This document shows positions 47,264-56,950 of a stretch of 64,000 nt of DNA, piece by piece. Location: assembly GCA_017558115.1 (NCBI GenBank), contig JAFYWG010000061.1, forward strand, positions 83,287 through 147,286, written 5' to 3'. Both the position numbers and the translations under genes were made by a program. The stretch's first letter is position 1; every line of letters starts with the position of its first letter. Origin of the DNA: Alistipes sp. (GTDB lineage Bacteria; Bacteroidota; Bacteroidia; Bacteroidales; Rikenellaceae). The notes under the pieces were generated by a model, which saw only the letters and a program-made list of their open reading frames with translations, made no database searches and had not been told where the DNA came from.

Positions 47264-48349
47264 ATGACTATGCCCATGAATGACCTTAAGACCCTCTTTG
47301 GTGAGGGCGTGCAGGAGCCGCTATACATTGCAGGCCCTTGTAGTGCCGAGAGTCGCGAGCAGTTGCTCACGGCGGCACGTGGCGTTGCCGATGCTGGCAT
47401 CGCCATACTACGTGCGGGTGTGTGGAAGCCACGCACCAAGCCTGGGTCGTTCGAGGGCATAGGCAGTCGTGCACTCGACTGGATGGTCGAAGCACGCGAG
47501 ATGTACGGCCTCAAGATAATCACTGAGGTTGCTACACCCGAGCACTTAGAGCTTGCGCTAAAGGCTGGTGTCGATGGCGTGTGGATAGGTGCGCGCACCA
47601 CGACAAATCCCTTTGCCACGCAGCTCATAGCCGATGCACTGCAGGGTGTAGACACGGCAGTGCTTGTAAAGAACCCTGTAATTCCTGATGTGGACCTATG
47701 GGTGGGCTCTATCGAGCGTATATATAATAGTGGTATAAGGCGCATCGCCGCGGTGCACCGTGGCTTCGGCACGCACAACAATAGCCGCTACCGCAACGAC
47801 CCACACTGGTCTGTGCCCATCGAGCTACACCGCCGCGTGCCCAACCTAAGCATCCTCTCCGACCCCAGCCATATTGGTGGCTGCAGAGAGCTTATAGCAC
47901 CGTTGTCGCAGGAGGCTCTTGACCTCGGATTTTCAGGTCTGATGATCGAGTGCCACCCCGCACCCGATGCGGCGCTTAGCGATGCGGCACAGCAGATAAC
48001 ACCCGAGGTGCTTGCCGCGACATTGAAGGGGCTGCAGTTGCGACGCACGCCCGTGGGACGCGACTCCATCAGCGAATATCGCCTCCATATCGATAGCCTC
48101 GATAGTCGTATCATCGAGCTTTTGGCAGAGCGCATGGATGTGGCGAGGGAGATTGGCGAGTATAAACTTAAGCATGACATGGCAATCGTACAGCACGACC
48201 GCTATAATGAGATGCTTTTGGCTGTTGAGAATCGAGCAGCGATGATGGGTTTAGAAAAAGAGTTTATACATCAGATTTTCAGAACTATACATGAGGAGTC
48301 GGTGCGCCAGCAGATGCAATTGAAGGAGGGCGAAGCGAAGAATTTGTAA
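47264..48349 (+). CDS. Bifunctional DAHP synthase (type I-beta) / chorismate mutase
   Basis: IAGPCSAES, KPRT, WIGAR and DPSH; C-terminal AroQ-like IDSLDSRIIELLAERM. Confidence 0.93.
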   Translation: MTMPMNDLKTLFGEGVQEPLYIAGPCSAESREQLLTAARGVADAGIAILRAGVWKPRTKPGSFEGIGSRALDWMVEAREMYGLKIITEVATPEHLELALKAGVDGVWIGARTTTNPFATQLIADALQGVDTAVLVKNPVIPDVDLWVGSIERIYNSGIRRIAAVHRGFGTHNNSRYRNDPHWSVPIELHRRVPNLSILSDPSHIGGCRELIAPLSQEALDLGFSGLMIECHPAPDAALSDAAQQITPEVLAATLKGLQLRRTPVGRDSISEYRLHIDSLDSRIIELLAERMDVAREIGEYKLKHDMAIVQHDRYNEMLLAVENRAAMMGLEKEFIHQIFRTIHEESVRQQMQLKEGEAKNL

Positions 48350-48399
48350 TTTTTTTATGCAGAGTCAGGTTGTTTCCTTTATAAGGGATTCGGAATGGG

Positions 48400-48900
48400 A
48401 TGGTATCCACAATTCTAATTAATGATTATCAATTCGTTATGAAATCGGTTGAGGTATTAAAGGCAAAACTACAGGATTGGAAAAGTAAGGGTGTTGATGT
48501 ACTTCATTTAATCACCACGGACAATTTATATTTGTATTTTGATGTACAAGCAGACAATTTAGATTCAACAGTAGGACTTGGATTGTTTTTCAATTTGAAT
48601 GAGTCCTATGATGGTGAGTCGTGTACATATACTGCAATTAGAAAGGTCTGGTTGGATGGAGATGAGTTGTTATTCAACTTAGAAGATATCCGACAGACGA
48701 TGGATGGAGATTATGAAGACCCTATTATCAGCAGAGAACTTAAATATTATCTCAATCAGACAATTCAAGACTTCCAGAACAGGTATGATGATAAAGAAAT
48801 AGAGATGAGGATAGATGCCATAATAGAGTATATAGACACCTGTCCTATTAAATATCAACTAATTGCTAATTCAAGAGGAGACTTAATTGTAAATGATTAA
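48400..48900 (+). CDS. AT-rich acidic orphan protein (start may be 48439)
   Basis: Open 166-aa frame with low GC, convergent on the IS remnant. Confidence 0.6.
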   Translation: MVSTILINDYQFVMKSVEVLKAKLQDWKSKGVDVLHLITTDNLYLYFDVQADNLDSTVGLGLFFNLNESYDGESCTYTAIRKVWLDGDELLFNLEDIRQTMDGDYEDPIISRELKYYLNQTIQDFQNRYDDKEIEMRIDAIIEYIDTCPIKYQLIANSRGDLIVND

Positions 48901-48914
48901 CGAAAACGACTCAA

Positions 48915-49187
48915 AGTCGTTTGAGTAGATGACTTGTCATCTTAATGAAAGATGGTATTGGGAGTATCTGTGAAACGGCTACCGTAGTCTGCACAGTAAT
49001 GAAGTTTGCCTGCCTCAGGATTATAGATGTGGATTGAACCACACTCAGGACAAGCAACTCCATTTGCCCAACGGAGACGGTGGAAAATCTGGTCAGCATT
49101 GGCAGCAATTGTGCCGAGGTTTACTTTCAGTTGTTTCATTTATGTAACTTATTGATTATAAAATAAATATACAACAAACAAACGACT
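48915..49187 (-). pseudogene. IS1595-family transposase remnant (N-terminal Zn-ribbon only, ORF 48942-49139)
   Basis: RWANGVACPECGS...CADYGSRFTDTPNTIFH then stop; fourth Zn cysteine is Tyr; no DDE domain. Confidence 0.8.
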
Positions 49188-49300
49188 ATAGAAGATTTTC
49201 GGGAAGGTATTGCTTAGAAAACTTTGGGTAGGAATCGTTAATTATTTACAATTTTTTTGAAAAAAGTTGCGAAAAAAATTGCAGAATAAAAAAAATGTAG

Positions 49301-49308
49301 TACCTTTG
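49301..49308 (+). promoter_or_regulatory. -7 promoter box of the tRNA operon
   Basis: TACCTTTG 20 bp before the first tRNA, with AT-rich upstream sequence. Confidence 0.75.
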
Positions 49309-49328
49309 CACTCGCAATCCAGCAAACT

Positions 49329-49401
49329 GCGGAAATAGCTCAGTTGGTAGAGCACAACCTTGCCAAGGTTGGGGTCGCGAGTTCGAGTCTCGTTTTCCGC
49401 T
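49329..49401 (+). tRNA. tRNA-Gly (GCC)
   Basis: Acceptor stem GCGGAAA/TTTCCGC, D-arm AGCTCAGTTGGTAGAGC, anticodon loop TTGCCAA and T-loop TTCGAGT; CCA not encoded. Confidence 0.97.
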
Positions 49402-49463
49402 CAAGATAGGGCAGTTGCGCAAGTGGTGCCTATCGAGTCAGCGATGACAGTTCTTATATTACT

Positions 49464-49536
49464 GCGGAAATAGCTCAGTTGGTAGAGCACAACCTTGCCA
49501 AGGTTGGGGTCGCGAGTTCGAGTCTCGTTTTCCGCT
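49464..49536 (+). tRNA. tRNA-Gly (GCC), identical second copy
   Basis: Identical 73-nt sequence to 49329-49401. Confidence 0.97.
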
Positions 49537-49544
49537 CAACGAAG

Positions 49545-49570
49545 AAGCAGTCCAAACGGACTGCTTTTTT
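49545..49570 (+). terminator. tRNA operon terminator
   Basis: AAGCAGTCC-AAAC-GGACTGCTT followed by a T-run. Confidence 0.85.
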
Positions 49571-49880
49571 CGTTGAGATAAACCGCGCCTGACCCAAAGC
49601 GCCCTAAGCCCCCCTCCAGGGCTGGGGTGTCCCTTCGATTGCCATCTTCGATGTGATCAAAATGACTATATTTCGTATATTGTGGGTACTCTATGGCCTC
49701 TTTAGAGTATATCTGTGATCCGATCTAACCACGAATAGTTAAATTCCATAGACGAACACTCGGTGAAATAAGGGCTTAGATAGGAAATATTAACTACCTT
49801 TGTAGTAGCATGTGTGGCTCTCTTTCATAGAGAGCAGCAGCTGAAGTAAACCCAATGAAGAAACGACCACAATATACGTT

Positions 49881-51029
49881 ATGCCCACAATGAATACAAA
49901 CGGTCTTGTTATTAGAGAAGTAGTGTCTAAGCGCGAGATTAAACGATTTGTAGAGTTTGGCATAGAACTCTACGAGGGTAATCCCTACTACTGCCCGCCA
50001 ATATTTTTTGACGAGGTAAATACGTTCGACCCTAATCGCAACCCTGCGCTTGAGGTTTGTGACTTTGTGTTGTATATGGCCTATCGCGACAACAAGATCG
50101 TGGGTCGCATAGCGGGCATCATTAACCATCGCGCCAATGAGGCTTGGGGTGTTAAGAAGTGCCGTTTCGGCTGGTTCGACTTTGTTGACGATTACGATGT
50201 CTTCAAGGCGTTGTTGGATGCCGTGGCTCAGTGGGGTAGAGTGAGGGGTATGTCATGCTTGAATGGCCCCGTAGGCTTCACCGATTTCGACCATCAGGGT
50301 CTATTGTTGGAGGGCTTCGACTACAACTCCCCCATGGCGAGCCTATACACCCATCCATACTATGTTGCGCACTACGAGCACTATGGCTTGCGTAAGGAGG
50401 CCGATTGGATAGAGTATCAAATTACGCCACCCGAGGAGGCTCCAGAGCGAATGCAGCGTGTCGCGAAGCTTGTGGAGGAGCGCTTTAGGCTACACACCGT
50501 GAAGGTTAAAAACTCTAAGGAGCTGAGAAAGAGGTATGGCTACTCCTATTTCGATGTGCTGGATGCAGCGTACCAGAAGCTATACAACTATCAGCCTATG
50601 ACACCTCGCCAGAAGGAGTACTATAGCAAGATGTATTTCCCGATACTCAACTACGACTTCGTTACGATGGTGGTTAACGAGCAGGAGGAGATTGTGGCTG
50701 TGGGTGTGGGTATGCCCTCGCTCTCGGAGGCGTTGCGTAAGTGTGGCGGCCGTCTCTTCCCGTTTGGATGGTATCATCTTCTTAGGGCGCTTAGGGCAAA
50801 GAGAATGACAGACTTCGACCTATTGTTGATTGCCGTGCGCCCAGACTATCAGGATAAGGGCGTTACAGCGCTTATCTTCAACGAGATGACGCCCTACTTT
50901 GTTAAGTATGGCGTGCAGCGCGTTGAGACAACCGCCATTCTCGAAGATAACCATAAGAGTCAAGCCAACTTCGAGGCCTTCGACTATATCCAGCATAAGC
51001 GCCGCAGAGCCTACATCAAGAAGTTGTAG
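49881..51029 (+). CDS. GNAT-fold protein (YghO-like N-acetyltransferase)
   Basis: GRIAGIIN, RFGWFDF, GLLLEGF, GRLFPFGW and AVRPDYQDKG. Confidence 0.8.
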   Translation: MPTMNTNGLVIREVVSKREIKRFVEFGIELYEGNPYYCPPIFFDEVNTFDPNRNPALEVCDFVLYMAYRDNKIVGRIAGIINHRANEAWGVKKCRFGWFDFVDDYDVFKALLDAVAQWGRVRGMSCLNGPVGFTDFDHQGLLLEGFDYNSPMASLYTHPYYVAHYEHYGLRKEADWIEYQITPPEEAPERMQRVAKLVEERFRLHTVKVKNSKELRKRYGYSYFDVLDAAYQKLYNYQPMTPRQKEYYSKMYFPILNYDFVTMVVNEQEEIVAVGVGMPSLSEALRKCGGRLFPFGWYHLLRALRAKRMTDFDLLLIAVRPDYQDKGVTALIFNEMTPYFVKYGVQRVETTAILEDNHKSQANFEAFDYIQHKRRRAYIKKL

Positions 51030-51044
51030 CACACAAACTATAAG

Positions 51045-51072
51045 AAAAGCAGCCCTGCGGAGGTTGCTTTTT
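51045..51072. terminator. Bidirectional terminator
   Basis: AAAAGCAGCC...GGTTGCTTTT between convergent genes. Confidence 0.7.
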
Positions 51073-51160
51073 CGTTTGGTGAGGTTTCCCGCATCCTCTA
51101 CAAAGATAGGATTGCGGCAGGTGTTGCTAAACAGACCATGCGCTACACCGCAAAAGGCCA

Positions 51161-51550
51161 TTATGGGTGTGCTACCGCCTTGCCTGCGGCCTGCCATCCG
51201 CGAAAGCCTGTTTCAAGTTCTACTACCTGGTAGCCTTGCTCGGTGAGGATGCGTGCGGCACTCTTGCTGCGGTTGCCACTACGACAATAGAGGGCTACTG
51301 GCTTATCCTTTGGAAGTACCTCCGTAGCAACTTGGGTAAATCTATCTTCAAGAACATCAATATTATAGTGCGTGCCAGGAATGAAACCCTCGGCATGCTC
51401 TGCCCGTGTGCGCACGTCAAGAATGATTACAGAGGGGTCTGCAATGACCTCTTCGAACTCATCTGCGCCAACCCTTTTGAAGTCGTCGGTCTGACCGAAT
51501 AACCATGAGAATGAGAAGCACATAGCTAAGGAGAGGAGTATTCGTTTCAT
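51161..51550 (-). CDS. Exported rhodanese-domain protein
   Basis: Signal peptide, LDVRT and YCRSGNRS. Confidence 0.9.
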   Translation of the reverse strand: MKRILLSLAMCFSFSWLFGQTDDFKRVGADEFEEVIADPSVIILDVRTRAEHAEGFIPGTHYNIDVLEDRFTQVATEVLPKDKPVALYCRSGNRSKSAARILTEQGYQVVELETGFRGWQAAGKAVAHP

Positions 51551-51573
51551 ATTGTGTTGCGGTTTAAGTTTGT

Positions 51574-52371
51574 CTATCTCTTTGTCGAGGCGCGCAGACC
51601 CTCGATTACGCTATGTGTGAATCCCGCCGCCTCCATGGCGTTGAGACCCTTGATGGTGAGTCCTCCGGGTGTCGTAACCTTGTCTATCTCCGCCTCGGGG
51701 TGGGCATCGCTCGCCTCGAGGACATCTACTGCGCCACGTAGCGTCTGCATGACGATATGCTTGGCCTCGTTGGCACGTATGCCGAGCTCCACGCCACCCT
51801 CCATTGCCGCGCGGATGTAGCGGAAGGCGTATGCTATGCCACACGATGCGAGCGACGTGGCGGCAGGCATGGCGCTCTCGTCGATAAGCATGGCCTTGCC
51901 AAGCTCGTTGAATATGTCGAGGAGGTGTTTGTCCCTCTCGGCTGTCGAGCGCGCCGAGGAGATAAAGGTCATGCTGCTAAGCGTTGCTATGGCGGTGTTG
52001 GGAATAAGGATGTATGTTGCGGGGAGCATGCCGTCGCCCTTATCGAGCCACTCCGAGAGCTGCGCTATGCCCAAGCCGCCCACCATTGATGCCACGGCCT
52101 GGTGCGAGTAGTCGAGATGTGGCTTTAGCTCCTCGAGCACCTCTACCACCTTCCAGGGCTTCACGGCGAGGATGACCATGTCGGCAGCAGCGGCCGCGGT
52201 GCAGTTGTTGTTGGTTGTGTTAATCTCGGGGAACTCCGCTTTGAGCGCCTCGAGCTTTGGCGTCGAGGGGTTCGAGACGTATATCTCCGATGTATGGATG
52301 AGTGTGCCCTTGGCCAATCCACGTGCCACAGCGCCACCCATATTGCCTGCTCCTATAATTGCTATCTTCAT
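51574..52371 (-). CDS. proC: Pyrroline-5-carboxylate reductase
   Basis: IIGAGNMG, LAVKP, PNT and VTTPGGLT. Confidence 0.95.
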   Translation of the reverse strand: MKIAIIGAGNMGGAVARGLAKGTLIHTSEIYVSNPSTPKLEALKAEFPEINTTNNNCTAAAAADMVILAVKPWKVVEVLEELKPHLDYSHQAVASMVGGLGIAQLSEWLDKGDGMLPATYILIPNTAIATLSSMTFISSARSTAERDKHLLDIFNELGKAMLIDESAMPAATSLASCGIAYAFRYIRAAMEGGVELGIRANEAKHIVMQTLRGAVDVLEASDAHPEAEIDKVTTPGGLTIKGLNAMEAAGFTHSVIEGLRASTKR

Positions 52372-52489
52372 GATTTCACAGTTAAGATTATTATTCCTTT
52401 ACAAAGATAAGAAGTTTTGGCGAATTAGAGGCTATATAGAAAAAATCATTAACTTTGTATGGGTTAATTATTATATAGCAGAGAGCGAT

Positions 52490-53566
52490 ATGACACACGA
52501 GAGACTTTTATATATTGCCGAGCAGTTTGCCATTGAGGGTGAGGTGGTTGCAGTTGAGGCGTTGGGAGAGGGATTTATCAACGACACCTATGTGGTGACC
52601 ACGGCGGGCACGGCACCAGATTACATTCTGCAGCGCAAGAACCATGTCGTATTCCCCGATGTGCCGGGCATGATGCAGAACATCAAGGCCGTAACCGAGC
52701 ATATCAAGGCAAAAGTGGCAGACCCCATGCGCGAGACGCTCACAGTAATACCCGCGAAGGGTGGCGAGCTCTACGTCAAGGATGGCGAGAACTACTGGGC
52801 GGCATGTCTCTATATCCCCGATACGGCGACTTTCGACCGTGCCGACACCTGCGAGTTGGCCTATCAGGGTGGTGTGGGCATAGGTCGTTTCCAGGCGTTG
52901 CTTGCCGACTTCACGGAGCCATTGAACGAGACTATCAAGGGTTTTCATAACATACGTTGGCGCTTCGAGCAATGGGATGCGGTGATAGCGGCCGACCCTG
53001 TAGGTCGCGTCAAGGAGGTGCGAGAGGAGATAGCGTGGGTTGAGGCGCGTCGCGAGGAGATGTTCGCCTTCTGGTCGAAGGTCGAAGCGGGTGAGATACC
53101 CATGCGCGTAACGCACAACGATACAAAGATTAGCAATATACTCTTCGATAAGGCTTCGGGTAAGGTGTTGTGTGCCATAGATTTAGATACGGTGATGAGC
53201 TCCACGTCGCTCAACGACTTTGGCGATGCTATACGCTCCTACACCAACACAGGCGCAGAGGATGACAAGTGCCTCGAGAATGTGGAGATGAGCATAGATA
53301 TGTTTCGCGCCTATGCCGAGGGTTACCTCTCGGAGCAGCGAGCAACGATGACGGCGAGTGAGAAGGAGTGGTTGGCATTTGCGGGTCGCTACATCACCTT
53401 CGAGCAGGTGTTGCGCTTCCTGATGGACTACATCGACGGCGACAAATACTACAAAACGGCATACGCAGACCACAACCTCGTTCGTACGCGTGCGCAGTAC
53501 AAGCTCCTGCAGAGCATGGAGCGTCAGTACGACCAGATGTGTGACATAGTTAAGAGCCTTGTGTAG
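52490..53566 (+). CDS. APH-superfamily sugar kinase (N-acetylhexosamine 1-kinase-like)
   Basis: GEGFINDTY, YILQR, HNDTKISN, IDLDTVM and RFLMDY; true start probably 52490, after -7 box TAACTTTG at 52450. Confidence 0.82.
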   Translation: MTHERLLYIAEQFAIEGEVVAVEALGEGFINDTYVVTTAGTAPDYILQRKNHVVFPDVPGMMQNIKAVTEHIKAKVADPMRETLTVIPAKGGELYVKDGENYWAACLYIPDTATFDRADTCELAYQGGVGIGRFQALLADFTEPLNETIKGFHNIRWRFEQWDAVIAADPVGRVKEVREEIAWVEARREEMFAFWSKVEAGEIPMRVTHNDTKISNILFDKASGKVLCAIDLDTVMSSTSLNDFGDAIRSYTNTGAEDDKCLENVEMSIDMFRAYAEGYLSEQRATMTASEKEWLAFAGRYITFEQVLRFLMDYIDGDKYYKTAYADHNLVRTRAQYKLLQSMERQYDQMCDIVKSLV

Positions 53567-53645
53567 GTGTTAAACTTTTTATCGGGGCGTGAATAATTCG
53601 CTTTTTTTTGCTAAATTCGCAAACTTGAATTGAAACTTTTGTGAT

Positions 53646-54005
53646 ATGATAACCTTTATAGTCTGTCTTGCGTTGCTCATCGCAGCATACTTCCTCTATG
53701 GAGGGTTGCTTTTTGACATTATATGGCGCTACTTTGCATGGTCGAATCAGGCGCTCTCGGTGTTTACGCTATGGATGATTACGGCATGGCTGATGCGTCG
53801 TCGTAGTCGCTTTGTGTTTCTCGCGTTAATACCCGCGCTTATAATGACATATATATGCTCATCGTTTGTCTTCGTGTCGAATCAGTTTGTAGGCATGGGT
53901 AGCGTAGATGCTGCATACGTCTATGGTGGCGCTGTAGCTGCTGTCATAGCGGGACTATTTATTGTAAAGATTAGAAAAATAAATCGTAATGAGACCAATA
54001 TTTAA
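53646..54005 (+). pseudogene. cstA: Carbon starvation protein CstA with a large in-frame internal deletion
   Basis: CstA N-terminus MITFIVCLALLIAAYFLYG joined directly to C-terminal IWRYFAWSNQALSVFTLW...LIPALIMT; only 119 aa. Confidence 0.75.
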
Positions 54006-54681
54006 CCCCACCCCCGACCAGACCTTCGAGCTTGAGGGTCGTGGCGAGTATAACTTCGTCAAGCAGAACGAGCGTATCGACGCCCTTATCGCAGAGGGTC
54101 GCTTTGCTGAGGCCTGCGAGGCGCGATATCAGGCCTTTCAGCTCCTGGCAGAGGCGTTGCCTGAGGATGAGGCTATGCCCCTACGCTGGGAGCATGCTAA
54201 TAGCCGCGCGGCGATTGTCGTGTTACACGGCTCGGCGATGGACCACTTCCGCATTGGTGACCTCGAGATGGCAATGGCGCAGTTGGAGATGCTTCTCAAC
54301 TGCGACCCTGAGGACCATCTGGAGGGAATCAACCTCTTGGCATTGTGCTATGTGGCAATGGAGGAGTGGGAGGCATACGAGGATATAGAGATAGACCTCA
54401 CGGAGAAGTCGGCAGAGGCTGTCGTAGCACGCATGTGGGCATCGTATATGCGTGATGGCTATGTAGATAAGGCGTTGCTGTCGCTACTGAAGTCGCGCCA
54501 TGCGGCATTCTACGCGGAGCTTACGGCTGCGGAGCACCCCGATGATGAGGCCTTCCGCAAGGATATAGCGTCGGAGCGCCCATCGCAGCGTGCCGAGGCG
54601 CGCGAGTGGTGGCTGATGACTGAGCCTCTATGGGCGGAGTTCCCCGAATTTATCGAAGCGTTAAAGAGTAATAACAAGTAA
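53989..54681 (+). CDS. Hypothetical TPR-like helical protein
   Basis: Helical repeats (GDLEMAMAQLEMLLNCDPEDH) with host-like codon usage. Confidence 0.75.
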   Translation: MRPIFNPTPDQTFELEGRGEYNFVKQNERIDALIAEGRFAEACEARYQAFQLLAEALPEDEAMPLRWEHANSRAAIVVLHGSAMDHFRIGDLEMAMAQLEMLLNCDPEDHLEGINLLALCYVAMEEWEAYEDIEIDLTEKSAEAVVARMWASYMRDGYVDKALLSLLKSRHAAFYAELTAAEHPDDEAFRKDIASERPSQRAEAREWWLMTEPLWAEFPEFIEALKSNNK

Positions 54682-54692
54682 AATATACAGGT

Positions 54693-55517
54693 ATGTTTGA
54701 GAAAGAGAGATTGATTATAGAGGAGGCGTGGGAGCGTCGCGAGTTGTTGGCTGAGGATGCTACACGCGAGGCTATACGCCGAGTTGTTGAGGCTGTGGAC
54801 AAGGGCGTTGTGCGCTGTGCCGAACCTATCGATGTGGAGAACAGCAAGTGGCAGGTTAACGAGTGGGTGAAGAAGGCTATCATCATGTACTTCCCCATTC
54901 AGACTATGCGCACCATGCAGGCTGGCGAGTTGGAGTTCTACGATAAGATGGAGCTTAAACGCGGCTATGAGGAGCTTGGCGTGCGCGTTGTACCCCATGC
55001 TGTGGCACGCTACGGCGCATATATAGCACCTGGCGCAATCCTTATGCCCTCGTATGTGAATATCGGTGCATACGTAGATGGCGGTACCATGGTCGATACA
55101 TGGGCTACCGTGGGCTCATGCGCACAGATTGGTAAGAATGTGCACCTCAGCGGTGGTGTAGGCATCGGTGGCGTGTTGGAGCCCGTGCAGGCGTCGCCCG
55201 TGATTATCGAGGACAACTGCTTCATTGGCTCACGCTCTATCGTTGTGGAGGGTGCTCACATCTGTCGTGAGGCGGTACTCGGCTCTAATACAGTGATTAC
55301 AGGCTCTACACATATCATCGACGTGACTGGCGACGAGCCCGTAGAGTACAAAGGCTATGTCCCACCACGCTCGGTTGTGGTATCGGGTACCTACACTAAG
55401 AAGTTCCCCGCGGGCGAGTATGGCGTGCAGTGTGCGCTTATCATCGGTCGCCGCAAGGAGTCAACCGACAAGAAGACATCGCTCAATGATGCGCTTCGTG
55501 ACTTTGCTATTTCGTAG
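54693..55517 (+). CDS. dapD: Tetrahydrodipicolinate N-succinyltransferase
   Basis: WQVNEWVKKA, MPSYVNIGAYVD, DTWATVGSCAQIG and SLNDALR. Confidence 0.96.
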   Translation: MFEKERLIIEEAWERRELLAEDATREAIRRVVEAVDKGVVRCAEPIDVENSKWQVNEWVKKAIIMYFPIQTMRTMQAGELEFYDKMELKRGYEELGVRVVPHAVARYGAYIAPGAILMPSYVNIGAYVDGGTMVDTWATVGSCAQIGKNVHLSGGVGIGGVLEPVQASPVIIEDNCFIGSRSIVVEGAHICREAVLGSNTVITGSTHIIDVTGDEPVEYKGYVPPRSVVVSGTYTKKFPAGEYGVQCALIIGRRKESTDKKTSLNDALRDFAIS

Positions 55518-55546
55518 CGAATGACTTCGTGGTGTTGTGAACGAAT

Positions 55547-55571
55547 AAAGGCTGCCCAAAAGGCAGCCTTT
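55547..55571. terminator. Bidirectional terminator
   Basis: AAAGGCTGCC-CAAAA-GGCAGCCTTT. Confidence 0.8.
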
Positions 55572-55591
55572 TATATTATTGGAATAGGTAA

Positions 55592-56938
55592 TTACTCCTG
55601 GCGGTAGGTGTACTTGCCGTCGGTGAGTTCCTCAATCTCGAAGCACTCGTAGACGATGGTGTAGCCACCATAGGCGAAGTTGCTCTTGCCGTGAGTCTCC
55701 TCCTCGTAGAGGAAGGCGAGGCGGTTATCCTTCTGCCATGCCATGGTAGAGTATGCCGAGTTGAGCGTCGTAATCTGCTTCACACCATCCCAGTTGGCTG
55801 CAAGCTCGTAAGATGTAAGGTAGTCCTCCTGCGACTCGAGCTCCTTGTAGTAGATGCCTACATTCTTACGGTCGGGGCCCAAAGGTAACGATTGCAACAA
55901 GATGTGCATAGGCTTGCCATCTGCAAGGCGTGTTACGGGCAACACCATAACCTCACCATTTGTAGAGTTATCCTTAGCCTCTACGCCTTTGTTTGATGCG
56001 CCTGAGAATACTGAATCATCCCAAACACCTGCGCCTGTGGCTACATCGGTGAAGGTGAACATGTTGTAGTAGCGGCCGTTATTGTAGCGTGAGCTAAGAA
56101 GTATTCGGCCATCGGGCATCTCCTCGACCTTAGGCTCGTCGGCAGTGTTGTACACAGCGGGAACGTCGATGCTGCCGAGCACCTTCCAGCTGCCACCGAA
56201 GTCGTCAGAGAAGAGGACATAGTTCATGTGCTTTGTACTCTTATCGCGCACAAGAACTGCGCAGTAGAGGCGGTAGTATTCGCCAATCTTGGTTGTGCGG
56301 CTCTGCATGATGCGACCCGAAGCCACGAACATAGAGCGTACGGGGCCATACTTCGAGGCGTCGAACTGCGAATAAATGCTCTCGGCGATATCCTCTGGAG
56401 CACTCCATGTTTTGCCACCATCCTCGCTATAGAAGCGTGCGATGCACTGGTGGTTCTGGCGTGTGCCGTTGGGGAATGATACGTTACCTGCGCACGACAT
56501 CATAAGCACGCGGTCAGATTCTCTATCTGCCACGATGCAGGGGTCGCCATAGCCTACGCTCATAAAGTCGGTAGCCTCGGCGCCCTTACCCTCGATAAGG
56601 GGCATGACGTCAGTCCATGTGTTACCATTGTCGTACGATAAGCGGTAGTGCAAATCGATGCGGCCATAATTTGTAACGCCGATATCTGTACCGCTATGGC
56701 GATAGTCGGCAATAGCCACCATAGTGCCATCCTTCGTAACTGCGATTGCTGGGATACGGTAGGGGATGTCACCCTCGGTGGGTGTAGGCATCTGGAAGAC
56801 CTCAAAGCGCTCGGCCTTGGGCTTCACGGGCTCGGGCGCAGGCTGCTTGGGTGCCTCCGACTCCTTGGTGCAAGAGAAGGTCGATGCAAGCAGCATGGCA
56901 ACGAGGACTGTAAAACTCATAGACAAGTATTTTTTCAT
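55592..56938 (-). CDS. GH33 sialidase lipoprotein
   Basis: Lipobox TFSC, YRIP, Asp-boxes SYDNGNTW, SEDGGKTW and SDDFGGSW, plus ADE and AYS. Confidence 0.88.
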   Translation of the reverse strand: MKKYLSMSFTVLVAMLLASTFSCTKESEAPKQPAPEPVKPKAERFEVFQMPTPTEGDIPYRIPAIAVTKDGTMVAIADYRHSGTDIGVTNYGRIDLHYRLSYDNGNTWTDVMPLIEGKGAEATDFMSVGYGDPCIVADRESDRVLMMSCAGNVSFPNGTRQNHQCIARFYSEDGGKTWSAPEDIAESIYSQFDASKYGPVRSMFVASGRIMQSRTTKIGEYYRLYCAVLVRDKSTKHMNYVLFSDDFGGSWKVLGSIDVPAVYNTADEPKVEEMPDGRILLSSRYNNGRYYNMFTFTDVATGAGVWDDSVFSGASNKGVEAKDNSTNGEVMVLPVTRLADGKPMHILLQSLPLGPDRKNVGIYYKELESQEDYLTSYELAANWDGVKQITTLNSAYSTMAWQKDNRLAFLYEEETHGKSNFAYGGYTIVYECFEIEELTDGKYTYRQE

Positions 56939-56950
56939 AGTGGTAGTAGA

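Noticed and set aside
49329-49536. attL/attR of an element integrated at tRNA-Gly
   Set aside because: Both copies are complete tRNAs 62 bp apart under one promoter and terminator, and no integrase is present.
52172-52489. N-terminal extension of the sugar kinase ORF
   Set aside because: It overlaps proC antisense and the promoter region; the real start is probably ATG 52490.
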